A stretch of DNA of 64,000 nt from Setoptus koraiensis (lineage: Eukaryota > Animalia > Arthropoda). Position numbers and translations under genes: made by a program. The stretch spans positions 8,308,001 to 8,372,000 of the forward strand of contig CM106585.1 of NCBI GenBank assembly GCA_048013815.1, in the 5' to 3' direction. The first letter of the stretch is position 1, and each line of letters begins with the position of its first letter. This document shows, piece after piece, positions 23,227 to 35,995 of this stretch. Under the pieces are notes generated by a model. That model was given only the letters and a program-made list of their open reading frames with translations, searched no databases and was not told where the DNA came from.

Positions 23227-23276
<50 letters not shown>
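23227..23276. repeat. (GT)n microsatellite; nearby (CT)n at ~23014-23036 and (CA)n at ~23530-23546
   Basis: Directly visible. Confidence 0.95.
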
Positions 23277-23280
<4 letters not shown>

Positions 23281-24409
23281 ATGGGCGTCGCACAATGGGC
23301 ATCGCGTATGAGCATAGAGTCTTGAGTCACTGCAGCGACCGGACTCCGGCGACCAGAGGCGGCTCTTGGCTTCTCCGTGTGGCTGCTTATCTCGTTTCAT
23401 CTCATCCTCTGCTCCTCCATTGTTTTGCGTAACACTGAACAACTAATCGACAACAGCTGAGCACTATCAAGTTATTGTTCATCATCACTATTGATTACAT
23501 AATATCGTGATTTGGAACAGTCAATTTCGCACACACACACACACACATCCACTGACTGTCCGAATGTTCCAGAGTTGTTGTTGCCGCTGCTGTTGTCGCT
23601 GTTGTCGTTGTCGCTGCTGTTGTTGCCGTTGTTGTTGCTGCTGCTGTCGCTGTTGGTGTGTTGGCACTTGCAAGCAGAGACACGACGCCGGCCGGACAGA
23701 CACACACAAATTGGTGCAAATGCAAACAAACGGACACGGGACAAATTGAGACGCAAGCTCCGTGCTGAGCCAGCTTTCAACGCGCCACCAGAAACAGGCA
23801 GATTTTCGTGTGAGATATGTGTTTATCAACGTTTATTGTTGTTATTACGCGATTATTAGTTGAGCATTAGTTAGTTCCGACTTGAGTGCCGTGGTTTGTT
23901 GCTCGCCGTTGGCCCAATTGATGATGAGCTGTCGATGATGAGCGACTCGTTAGCTGATCGATAATTTATGGAATTAGATTAGATAGCAAACGAGCGGCCC
24001 CCTGGTAGGCGATGCTGTGCGTCGTGTTGCGCAACAACAGTTATTTTGCCATAATAGATAGTAGATGCCCACCGACAGATAATAACCCACCAGCCTGCCC
24101 AAACAACTGACCAACTGATTGCAACTGACCATTGCAGCTGTGTGCAGCCGGTCGCAATCAACTGATATCAGTGGGCCTGGCCAGGTAACTAAATATAAAC
24201 AAACAACGGCGATCTAATTACATTGCGCTCTCCGTCATGATTACGCTTTAATCATGTTGCAAAGATGATCAACGAGCCTCATTGAGCTGGACGCCGGCAA
24301 CAGTTTTAACTAATTGTTGCACCATGATATTTTGTTATGTCTACGCCAGCAGCTCGACCGCCCCGATTTCCGCTCGCCGTAACGTCGCGCGTAATTCAAT
24401 GAGCCGAAT

Positions 24410-27400
24410 AATATATTTAGGTATAATAGAGATGTACATTGTGTATTTATATTGATGATTTTGAATATGCTTTGTGAATTTGTTGAATTGAGGGAAGTTC
24501 ATAGTATGATAATGATAAATTTTAGATAGATTATTAATAATAAATCTGGATTATGTTGTGTTAACATATGAATTTTCGGTTTTATAAGATACTGTAGATA
24601 TGTTTATTATTGTGAGGATGTATGTGTTATAAAATAGGTATTTTGTTCACTAAATAATGTAATATTAACTAATATATTAAAATTGATAGGTTACTTACCA
24701 AATATATATACTATTAAGAGAAATGTTTAAACTAATTACATTTATTTTTTTAACATAAAAACTGACTTTAGATTTATTTAAATATGCTATGAAATGTTAA
24801 TTGATAACACTTATATTATATTTAAATAATAATTCTATACAATTATTTTTTTTGAGTAACTATAAATAAGATTAAAATTAACTAGTGGTATGTTATAATT
24901 TAAAAAATATTAAAATATAAAAAAATATAATAAACAAATACTAAAAGTGCATTGGGTGTGTATTAATTATGCATAATGATATATAATTCTAATGAATTAT
25001 TATAAATTTTAAATATTCTGTGAACATACAATAAATTTTTTTGATAAATGATTATAATGGTTATATTATATATGGATGATAACTTTAATAATGTCTAAGA
25101 ACATATAATTTAATTAAAGAGATATTGACCAAAAAAAATAGATAATATTATGATAAGATAAATTTATATTATTTTAACAAATTTATATCTTATCAATGGG
25201 AATGAAATTATTATAAATGTACAATTGATGAATTGATACATAATATTTGTGCAATCAATGTAAATTTTGAATAATATGATTTATAAAAAATACCTTGAAT
25301 TTACTTCTATGTTAATTTCTATAACTGTAAATCAACTTTAATCTTATTGGAAATTAAACCAATTTATTTGGATAAAAAGGTTTTAAAACTAACAATATGT
25401 CAAATTTAAATTTCTTTGAATTAATGCTAATTATATATAATAAAAAATAATGTGATTTTAAAAACTTGTCCCTGCTTTTGTTAAATAAAAAAAATTATCG
25501 TTAACAAAATAAATTGAAAATACATACAATATATAATATAACTTAGCGTAAAATGAATATGTACAAATAACAAACTGTAATAAATAATAATAGATTCAAT
25601 GTCTAATTAGTATTAAAAATCTTAAATGAATTATATTTTCATTATATTAGAACAATAGAAAGTATTTTATGACGAAATCAAATTATTGCATTTACCAGCA
25701 AAATATTGATAACTCTTATTTAATATGATAGACTATTATTAAAATAATCTTTGAACTTAAGTGAAATTTTCTTTTTTATATAAAAAACAGTGTTTACATA
25801 ACCATGTAAGATTATATGATGTTACAATTTATGATAAACATATAAATGACACCCAGAATAGCAATAGTATTTAGCACATGTACGTAAATGAAAATTATGA
25901 TTTGTATTACTATATATTATAAATGTGTGACTTATATTGTTTAATAATCTAAATATTTTATTGAAAATTTATCAAAATTTATTAATTGTATATAATTGAG
26001 ATATAAATAAATAAACTAGAATGTTGAATATAAATAATTAAATATCAAATGATGAATAGATTTGAAGGTAAATATATAAAGGTAAAATTTAATTATCTAG
26101 GTCGTACTTAATAAAAATTTAGTTTATCCATTGATAAATAAATTTTAATTCATAGAAATATTTCTACTTATTATTAAATTTCATGAATATAAAAATAATA
26201 AAATATTTAAATGAATTAATCGTATATTTAATCTAAATGCATATAATTTAAATTGATATAGTAAATATGTAAATGAATTTGGTAATATTATAATAAATTC
26301 GCATTTGATAATATAGATAATATTATAATAAATAAATAAAGTTAAAGAATGTAATTAATAGTTATTTATAATAATTAATTTAATTATAATCATAAAATTT
26401 AGTAACCCCCAACAAAATGCTTGAAATACAGTAACTATATTATTGTTAAAAATACAAAGATCATCTACTATTTTTAATGAATTATCTTGGTTAAATTGTA
26501 AAAGTATTTTTGCGAAAAGAAAATTGTAGTTTTGATGTATCCATAAAATGACATGTATGGTTATTTATTGAAAACATTATTATTGTAATTACGAGGAATT
26601 CTTTTATGAAATCAATGCCAATATAAGCAAGTGATTATAAAAACAATAAAAAGTATAACTAATTACTAAATAATAAAATATATAAAAAATATTATTAAAT
26701 GAAAAATATTAAATTCAATGATATAAAAAAATGGATTTTTGATTTATCTAAAATTTGAGCCTAATATCAGTAAAAAATTAATAAATTATAATGAAAATAC
26801 AAAAATATAAAAATTATATCAGACATATATTTATGTTATTTAGAAAATAATTTATTATACATTAGACGCATATGTGATTGTTTTTTTATGAAAATATACT
26901 TGAAACTGATATTTATATGTAATTAAAGTTAATCTTTACAAAAGATCATTATATAGTGATTAAATAAATTAATGTATAACTAAATTGAATGTAAATAATT
27001 TTATATTTTTTAAAAATGTTTGCCCTAGGGCAATTTCCAATATAATAACCTATTTATATAAATTCTATGATTTGCTGTTTTTAAAAAAATGATAGTTGAT
27101 TGAACACATTATGGTTATTGTTGTAACTACATTTATATGTTTAATCATATTTAATATTCTCCATGATTCTGTTTTGTATTTTGGTTATTATTTTTACTTA
27201 ATGAAAAGAAAAATTCATATCTAAATATATAATGAATTTGTTATAATGATTTTTGAATTATCATATTATTTATTATTACTATACACAAATTTTTTAAAAA
27301 CTATAATGGATGGTAATAAGAATTAAAACAAGTATTATCTTAAATACTTAAATATATGATATACTTCCATGATATTCAAGAAAATATAAAATGATCTAAA

Positions 27401-30400
27401 TATAATTAATACCTAAAAATAATATTTTATTATAATATCTAAATATCTGTTTTAAAAGAATGATTCTAAAAATGTTTAAATAACATTACTTTATATAGAT
27501 AAAAAATATTTCTAAATGACTAATATTTTACTTAATGTTTTATAATTTAGTATATTTGGTTTTAAATAGTTTTTAGTTAGAAATGTTTTTATTGATTGGA
27601 ATTATGCAATAAACGTAAATAATTTCCTTTAAAATATGAATTAAGAAAATGACTAAAACATGTCAGATGATAAATATTGTAAATCTATTTTTTAATTTAT
27701 TATTGTATTTTCAATTAAAAAATAATTGAATTTTTATATTGCATGTTTATCTTTATTTTTATTTTAAAATAATATTTTATTGATAATTGATAATAAATGA
27801 AAATATCGACTTGTGAATATGTGATTATATTTATGATTTTAATATATTACCAATTAAAAAAATGGTTTTTGACATATTAATAATAATATTTATCCCAAAT
27901 CTGATGAATAATTTACTATGGAATTAAAAAATTAAATGATACTAATAATATTATATGTCTTATCTATATATAAACTTTAAAAATTTTAATGTTAAAGAAT
28001 GCAAATTTCATTATTATTCATCCCAATTAGCATCATTATGAAAAGCAATGTAGTTACAAAAATCGATGTATAGTAATTTTAATTACTACAATTTTGTAGA
28101 AATATAAGTTATGTTGATTTATGAGAAAGACTTTTAATTATCATAATTGTAATAATTTACAGCATGTTATGTTTACTCTATAATGTAAAATATTGTATAT
28201 CATGATCTAAGATATAAAAATGTAATTATTTAAAATAATGAATGAAAATTTTATGATTTGATCAAATGTAATTTAATTTGTGTTTCTTCACCATTATTAC
28301 AAATAATAATTAATAAAGATTAAATATTTTATATGTAAAACATTTATCTGTTTGTGTATCAATTAAATAAATATTATATATTAATATATATTGATCTATA
28401 ACAATAATTTTAAAAAATAAAAAAATTTTTTTTTTTTTCAATATAGAGTAAAACGTTATTAGCAAAAAGAATATAAATTATATAATTACATTTAACAAAA
28501 TTGTATGTCTATGATTAAATAGTAATGATATATTATGTTAATAATGTCGTTTTGGATCTGAGATTAGATACAGTTAATAGTACTTAAAATATATGAATTT
28601 ATATTGTTAGATGTCTATCCGATAAGAATTATTCATTATAAGTAGAAGTATATACTTGTTTTAAATAATATAATAAAATTAAAAAATAAAAAGATAAATT
28701 AAAGATTTAGACTTTTATTTTATATCAAACTGTTAATTTAGACCCATTGAAATGATGCTCATACATATGGTAAAATTTTGTAAGATTTTATTAAAAATTG
28801 TACCATTCATATAAGATGCTATATTGATGCTCTTAATTGAACATATTAAAACGACACATTTCAATCTATTTATTTGTATAATCTTAATCAATTAAATTAT
28901 TAACTCAATACATATGTAAGAATATCATATAATGTGCATGTATCATATATTTAATTTGATTATCATATTTTATAAATTCATGATGTGAATAAATTTAAAA
29001 ATGGTATTTATTTGATAAGAAAATAATATGGTTTCTTATCTTTTTTAATGAAATTAAATATTATCGTATACTTTGATAAAACAAATAAACTTAAAACTAA
29101 TTTTATTACTTACTCAATGTTAAAATAACATAAATTTTATATTAAATAATAAATTGTAGAATCCAATATTTAATTAATAAATCTTATAAAAATTGTTAAT
29201 TATTATTTGTATATAAATACTAAATATAATATTTTGATGTATGTATAAATAATATCTAAATTAATGAAGTTACTTATTTATTATGTATAATTTTTTTTGT
29301 TTAACCATAAATCTTATAAATGACTTATTTTTGATGAATATTTTATAAGAATTTATTCAAAATATTTTATGAAAAATAAATTTAATTGTTAAAAATATTA
29401 AGTTGATACAATCATGTAGTTATTGTTAAAACATGAATGAATCTTTTCCACTATAAAAAACTCAATAAATAACTAATTATAAATGTAATCTAAATTTATG
29501 AATTTGAGATTATTAATTGTAAATTTTTAAATGATCGGTTTTAACTATATTTTTTACATTTGTATGAATTATTAAAAATATGATAATATTAAAGAATCAA
29601 TTAGATTTAACAATACAAACTGTAACTTTTATATGATGTTCGTAGTAATATTTTATGCAAAGATGTGTAAACTGAATACAAATTTCTATCATTTGTGGAA
29701 ATTTGAAATTAATGAAATCTATGTTGATAAAACTATTAAAATATCTTAATTCAATAAATTTTTATGAAATTGATAAAAAAATTCCCAATTGAAAATGTTT
29801 GAAATATGTGAATACAATTAATCTAATCATGAATACTGGTTAATTAATAAATTGATATATTTTTACATAAATGAAAATATTTACATAAATAGAATAAAAA
29901 AATCATTTAATTGTTTATTTTTTTATAAAAATGTTTATTCTGTACTGCTTTTCGTTTTTTTGTTAATCATATCATTAACATCACAAATTTCCAATAAAAT
30001 TTTTAATATTTGAACAACGATTGATAATTTATATATTATAACATGTAATTTTCATATATATTTTATTTGCATACTATACATGATTATTTTTCATTTGTAG
30101 ATAGATATAAATATTTTATATGTTATACATTCGTGTATACTTTTATTTGAATAAAATAAATAAAATGTGATAACTTGCATTTATTTCATCTAGTATTTAT
30201 GGATTAAATATTAATGATAAAGTAAATAATATTAAATGTTAAAAAATGTTAATGGAGACAGACAAAAATTAAAATATTGTGAACTAAATTTGTTTAATAC
30301 ATAAATGATAAATGTATTAGAATCGTGCTGTTGAAATAGTGGTAAGTGTATCTATTAATTATTTCAACAATTAATATTTACCAACAAATAGAATTGTATA

Positions 30401-32606
30401 ATTATGATGTTATAATCAATTCCAAATAAACTTTGTAAAGAAAAAATTATTGAATAAACTTTAACAAAAATTACTGGCTAAAAATTATAAAATAAATATT
30501 ATTATTATATTCCAATTTTTTTAATTATTATTGATAAAATTATAAATACATTTTATTTATATCTGATATATTATTGTAAATATTCATAGAAAAAATGATT
30601 TTCAAAAAAAATTTTTGATTCAGAAACATATTTAAATTGTTCATTAAAAAAGAATCAAACAGTTGAAATTATCTGGATAATATTGAATAAATTTATATTA
30701 AATACTTCTAACATAGTAAACTATACACATAATATACACTCTGGTGAACACCAAATTAATAAAGAATTAAATTTATTTTTGATTCAATGGACATAACCTA
30801 AAAAATGAAACATTTCAAATTTCAATTGTATATCGTATAAAAATAATTTATAAATATTGTACACAAATCAATACACTAATTAAGAATATGTAAGATTCAT
30901 AGAATTTCAAATTGTAAGACTATCTGCAAACATTATTACATTTTAGATTATATAGGATAGAGATATATGATACACCCCAACTACACACAACCCCCCATCA
31001 ATTTCATCAATAAAAGCTCATATTACATTAAAATGATTATACTTGCAGTAAAAAGATACCCTAATAAAGATGCAAGACAAAAAATACTAAACACATAGCA
31101 TAAGAGACATGTTACTTAATAATACCAAATAACCAATACAGTAGAGAACACAATCTCACTAAGATTACAAGACCAAACAAGAGATGATACCAACATTGTA
31201 AGTCCTCAGCTATCATATAGACATACAACTACATCGATAATACTGTGTGATACCTCTAAAGTTATAAAACATAAAATATTTAGTAATTGAAATAAGTATC
31301 GTTCATAATCTTAGATTTATATAATAAGAAAATTACTGTTATATTTATATTTTAGTGTTAAGATATAAAAAATATAATTTTTGATTTGATACTATGAAAT
31401 AATAACAAAATTTTATACAACTAATAAATATTACTAGGAAGAAGCTTTGTATCATTATATGCATTTTGGTTGAAAATATCTGAAAGATCTAAGATAATGA
31501 TTCAAATTAATATCAAATTATTTTAAATAAATATGTCTATTAGCCAAACTTGTAGATGAATAATTATTTCTAGTATCAGCTTTTTAATGAATGTTATATT
31601 TTTTTTTTACTATTAATTATGTAAATACATGTTTTAAAATTAAATTTTATTATAATTATCTATTACAAATAATGATAATTGATATGCAATTTGTTCATCT
31701 AAATAGAAGTGTCTTATTATTATAAATATTATACTTGATATTTTTGTAAGCCATTATATATTTTGAATTAATTCTGATATTGCTATACATCAACCATTAG
31801 AAAATAATTTTTTTAAATTATTAATGCTTAAAAAACTTATATTGATGGGTTATTTTTTATCTGTTATGAGTAAAATTTAATTATTAAATTTTGATTCAAA
31901 AAATATTAATATTAATCATCATTTAATTTAAATGTTATTTATTTTTATTTGTTTTTTTTTTTTTTTTTCTTGAAATAGAAATAGATATGTGCAATTTAAG
32001 ATGTTGTAATGAAACAGGAAAATTTATTGTCGTGAGTTCTGTTTCTTATAAATCACTATACTTTATACGCGATGAATATTGAAATAATTAACATGCAAGG
32101 TTTTGTTGGCGAGTAAGTTTTAAATATATTTTTTTATATGGTAAAGGAAACATTATATGTTTAATATTGGTTCTAATACTTATATTTTATAACTTTCTCA
32201 TTCTTTCAATTCTTCTAAAGATTACAAAATTTTTTTAAAATATTTTCTTCTTAAAATCTTATTTATCGAATATTATCAAGAAGATTAGAAATAGATTTTA
32301 ATCAATAATGTAAGAATTTATAAACATATTCAACCAATGTAAGTATAGTATTCATTTTTTTTAAATTAATATAATATAAGTATGTTGGAAGAATTTAATT
32401 ATAAATTTTAGTTAAGTATTTTTGTGCATAATTAATATGAAATGGTTTATAAGAAATGTTTGTTAATGCTTTATTTAACCCCAATACATATTTTGAGTTA
32501 TTTTTACCTAATTAATTGTATAAAAAGCTTTATAAATAGTATCTTGATACATTTGAAAAACAATACTCTGAATTTTTAATAATTAATCATTATAATCTTA
32601 ATATCC
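24410..32606. other. ~8.2 kb extremely AT-rich island without ORFs
   Basis: Hand-counted 60-nt lines give 12-22% G+C versus ~42% just upstream. The ORF track has no ORF of 60 aa or more between 24162 and 32575. Confidence 0.95.
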
Positions 32607-33106
32607 NNNNNNNNNNNNNNNNNNNNNNNNNNNNNNNNNNNNNNNNNNNNNNNNNNNNNNNNNNNNNNNNNNNNNNNNNNNNNNNNNNNNNNNNNNNNNN
32701 NNNNNNNNNNNNNNNNNNNNNNNNNNNNNNNNNNNNNNNNNNNNNNNNNNNNNNNNNNNNNNNNNNNNNNNNNNNNNNNNNNNNNNNNNNNNNNNNNNNN
32801 NNNNNNNNNNNNNNNNNNNNNNNNNNNNNNNNNNNNNNNNNNNNNNNNNNNNNNNNNNNNNNNNNNNNNNNNNNNNNNNNNNNNNNNNNNNNNNNNNNNN
32901 NNNNNNNNNNNNNNNNNNNNNNNNNNNNNNNNNNNNNNNNNNNNNNNNNNNNNNNNNNNNNNNNNNNNNNNNNNNNNNNNNNNNNNNNNNNNNNNNNNNN
33001 NNNNNNNNNNNNNNNNNNNNNNNNNNNNNNNNNNNNNNNNNNNNNNNNNNNNNNNNNNNNNNNNNNNNNNNNNNNNNNNNNNNNNNNNNNNNNNNNNNNN
33101 NNNNNN
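32607..33106. other. Assembly gap of exactly 500 N
   Basis: The round fixed length is typical of scaffolder-inserted gaps, so the true size and the adjacency of the flanks are unknown. Confidence 0.98.
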
Positions 33107-35995
33107 GAATATTCCATTATTCCTTACCCCATAGTTCCCGTGGTTTTGGGTTCCGCACTGGCTCAAATACCCCCCCCCCCCGCCACATATCTGTTATATT
33201 TTAAATCGAAGCTTACACACCTGCAAATTAGATAGCATTTCGCCTCTTGATGCCTTGAGGTTCAACAGCAACTTGTGATTCAACCTGTAAGTCCAACCTG
33301 TTAGTCTCACACAGGCACCCAAACAGTCTGGATTTCTGATCTAGTTTGGCGGTTTGCAAGACAAGTTGTTGGTTGCTTTTAAAAACTAGCTGCACATCAG
33401 GCTTGCCATCATATTCCAACCATCAACTGGCGGTATTCAATTCAATGGCGGCTAAACTAGCCCGTCTAACTGGCTCGTTCGTCCACATGCAAAACACATA
33501 ATCTATGTGGTACTTGATTGGTAACACAAGCGAAGCTTGTTCGTATTACTCTATATATTTATATCAGTTTTCGTTTCTGACTGTTGCCTTCTGAACGACT
33601 GTGAATAAAATGTAGTTGTTGTCGTTTGTTTTTTGTATGTATCTATATATATTCTTGCTGACTGATGCACAAATGAAAGTTTCCTTTTTCTCTCTTTCGC
33701 TTGCTTAAATACCATTCACAGCAGCAAGAATAAACAGAACATTTTCCGTATCAGAATACTCCGACAACCTGTTTTGTATCAGTGTATGTGCGCTAACCGC
33801 TGATAGGCCCATGATGAAGCACCGTTGATAATCAGGATATTCTCAGGATAGAATAGCGTTCGCAGCCTGGGGTAAATATTTCAACTTTTGATCCAACAAC
33901 AAGCATGTCCACTATATTGAACGATGCTGCCATCGAATTGTGTATATATATATAATATTGTGTAAGTTAGGAGTCTAGGTAACCACTGCAGTGAAATTGC
34001 GTCGGACCCTGACGTCGGACTATGCAAAACTGGATGACGTTCTTAAATGTACTTTCCATTTAGTTGATTAAAAAGAAATGTATTTTACCGTTATACCATC
34101 ATTCGTCGATCTTGAGCTTTTTCCAATCATGATGAAGAAATTCCTATGACAATTTTGTGATTTATATTGAGGTGTTAGACAACGACAACTAAATTAACTA
34201 AATCTGTGCTTGTGTTCTCATTCGCTGATAAAAGATTGATTAAGCAGCAGATACAATAACGAACCAATTGAAGGAGACAATTCAAACATCACCATCAACA
34301 TCAAGCTCGAGCAGCATGTACAAGATGAGAACATTAGTAATAGTAATTTTTTCATTTACATCCAGCAACATCATCATGCAAATGAATTGCAAACGGCCCA
34401 AATGTTGACGAAAACAATGGATACCAATTTGTGACAAAGTCGAGAAAAAGCACAATAGTTAATTGTATATTCCTCCCGACGCACTTGGTTCAGCAATTAG
34501 CCCCGCTTCCTAATGACACAGAATAATCTAGTCTTATATGTTCATATTCTGTTGTTCATATGCATCACTTACCATGTTCGCTCAGTCAACATCAATGAAT
34601 AAATAGCAAAATAAATAAACTTTTTATTAGCTCATACAGTATACGAGAAGTCAGGCCAACACAACATTGTGGAAACACTTCAAGAGGAACTTCCTATTGC
34701 ATAATCTACGCAATATAATCTATGGTTATAGTGTGGCGACGCAATCATTCATCTGGAATGTAAATGTCAAATACCGAATAGATAGTGTGAAATGAGTAGA
34801 ATTTATATTTGAGGAAGAATCTGACAGAATTGTATTGGCATGACTGACAGAACAGTGGAAATAGTTATGATCGCTGGCAACAATGTTTATATGCCCAAGT
34901 CGATATATTGAAGAACAAAGCCATGTTTCAAGAATCAGAGCTTGTCCGGATTTGTTGAGCTGGCCAGACAAGATATAAACAATCCACTTGTTATAACAGA
35001 TAGACTACCTTTGTTGTTGCTGTTGCTGTTATTGTTGGTACATCAATAAGGTAATATTCGAAATAGAGTGCAGAATAATGAAAACAGAGCATAATATTTA
35101 TAAATCATAGAAGTCTAGCCGGTGGCGTCTGGACAGCTTGGTCGATAGATAAAAAAAATGTCCAATTTCATCGGCATTCTGTTTTTTCAACTTGTATCAT
35201 ATAAATCTATCTGATCAAATCAATGTCTATCTAGAGTGAGGATCACATGAATACACAACATTTGAAAATTACGTTCAGCTCCACTAACAGCATGCACCGT
35301 GAGCCTTGTCGACGAAACACGGTGATAATAGCATTATTAGCATACATTAGCTTATATAACTTGCCAACGGAAAGTTTGCTTAGGAAGCAGCCTTGTCAGC
35401 CACCAATTATGACTTTTTTATAATTGATACAACGAAACAGAAAAAAGAAAATATCATGGTACCAATACATTCAATACATATGCAAAGTGCACGCGTGTAA
35501 ACAACAACAGTCGACAAAATTGCAACAACAAATTGAACAAAATTCTGAACAGTCTGTAATATCTTTCATGTCATAAACTATGTACGAGGAAATCACCTCA
35601 GATTGAAATAATTCACTTTGTTAGACCAACCAATAATATACGTCATCATTGTCTGATTTCAAGTTCAAACCACCCTTATAAAGATTATTATCATCAACAT
35701 TATTTTCAGTGGCAGTGACAACAATATCGATGCCAACCATGATAGTACTCGATTAGTAGTGCAAGTGCAAGATCAACAAAAAACATAAATGAATTCTATT
35801 TTTACACTCTCTCCATTCAATAACCACCTCCATCTTGTTATACTTGTAACTATTCAAAATAATAAGTCTTTTGATCATCGTTGCGAATAATATCACCAGC
35901 CAAATACGATTCACATTCTATGAATCAAATGATCACCTTTAACCGGACACATTGATGCCAACTACATAAACAGTTGATTTACATACACGGACAAA

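Noticed and set aside
25060-26420. VILYMDD (25060-25080) and PQQN (~26407-26418) as retroelement RT and integrase remnants
   Set aside because: Both are surrounded by stops and have no flanking motif support. A rough estimate gives about 0.3 chance YxDD hits in this much AT-rich DNA. A frameshift-aware HMM search is needed.
24410-32606. AT island as a mitochondrial insertion, intact AT-rich virus, ciliate-code DNA or CRISPR/satellite array
   Set aside because: No cox, cob or rRNA motifs seen, TAA stops are frequent in all frames sampled, TAA-as-Gln translations are not protein-like, and no repeating monomer is visible.
32576-33166. ORFs spanning the N run
   Set aside because: Artefacts of translating the assembly gap.
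34754-34764. TGGAATGTAAA matching the miR-1 5' end
   Set aside because: It diverges after 11 nt and no precursor hairpin is evident.
33107-35995. Several 50-80 codon open stretches upstream of ceramidase
   Set aside because: No recognisable domains or consistent exon chain.
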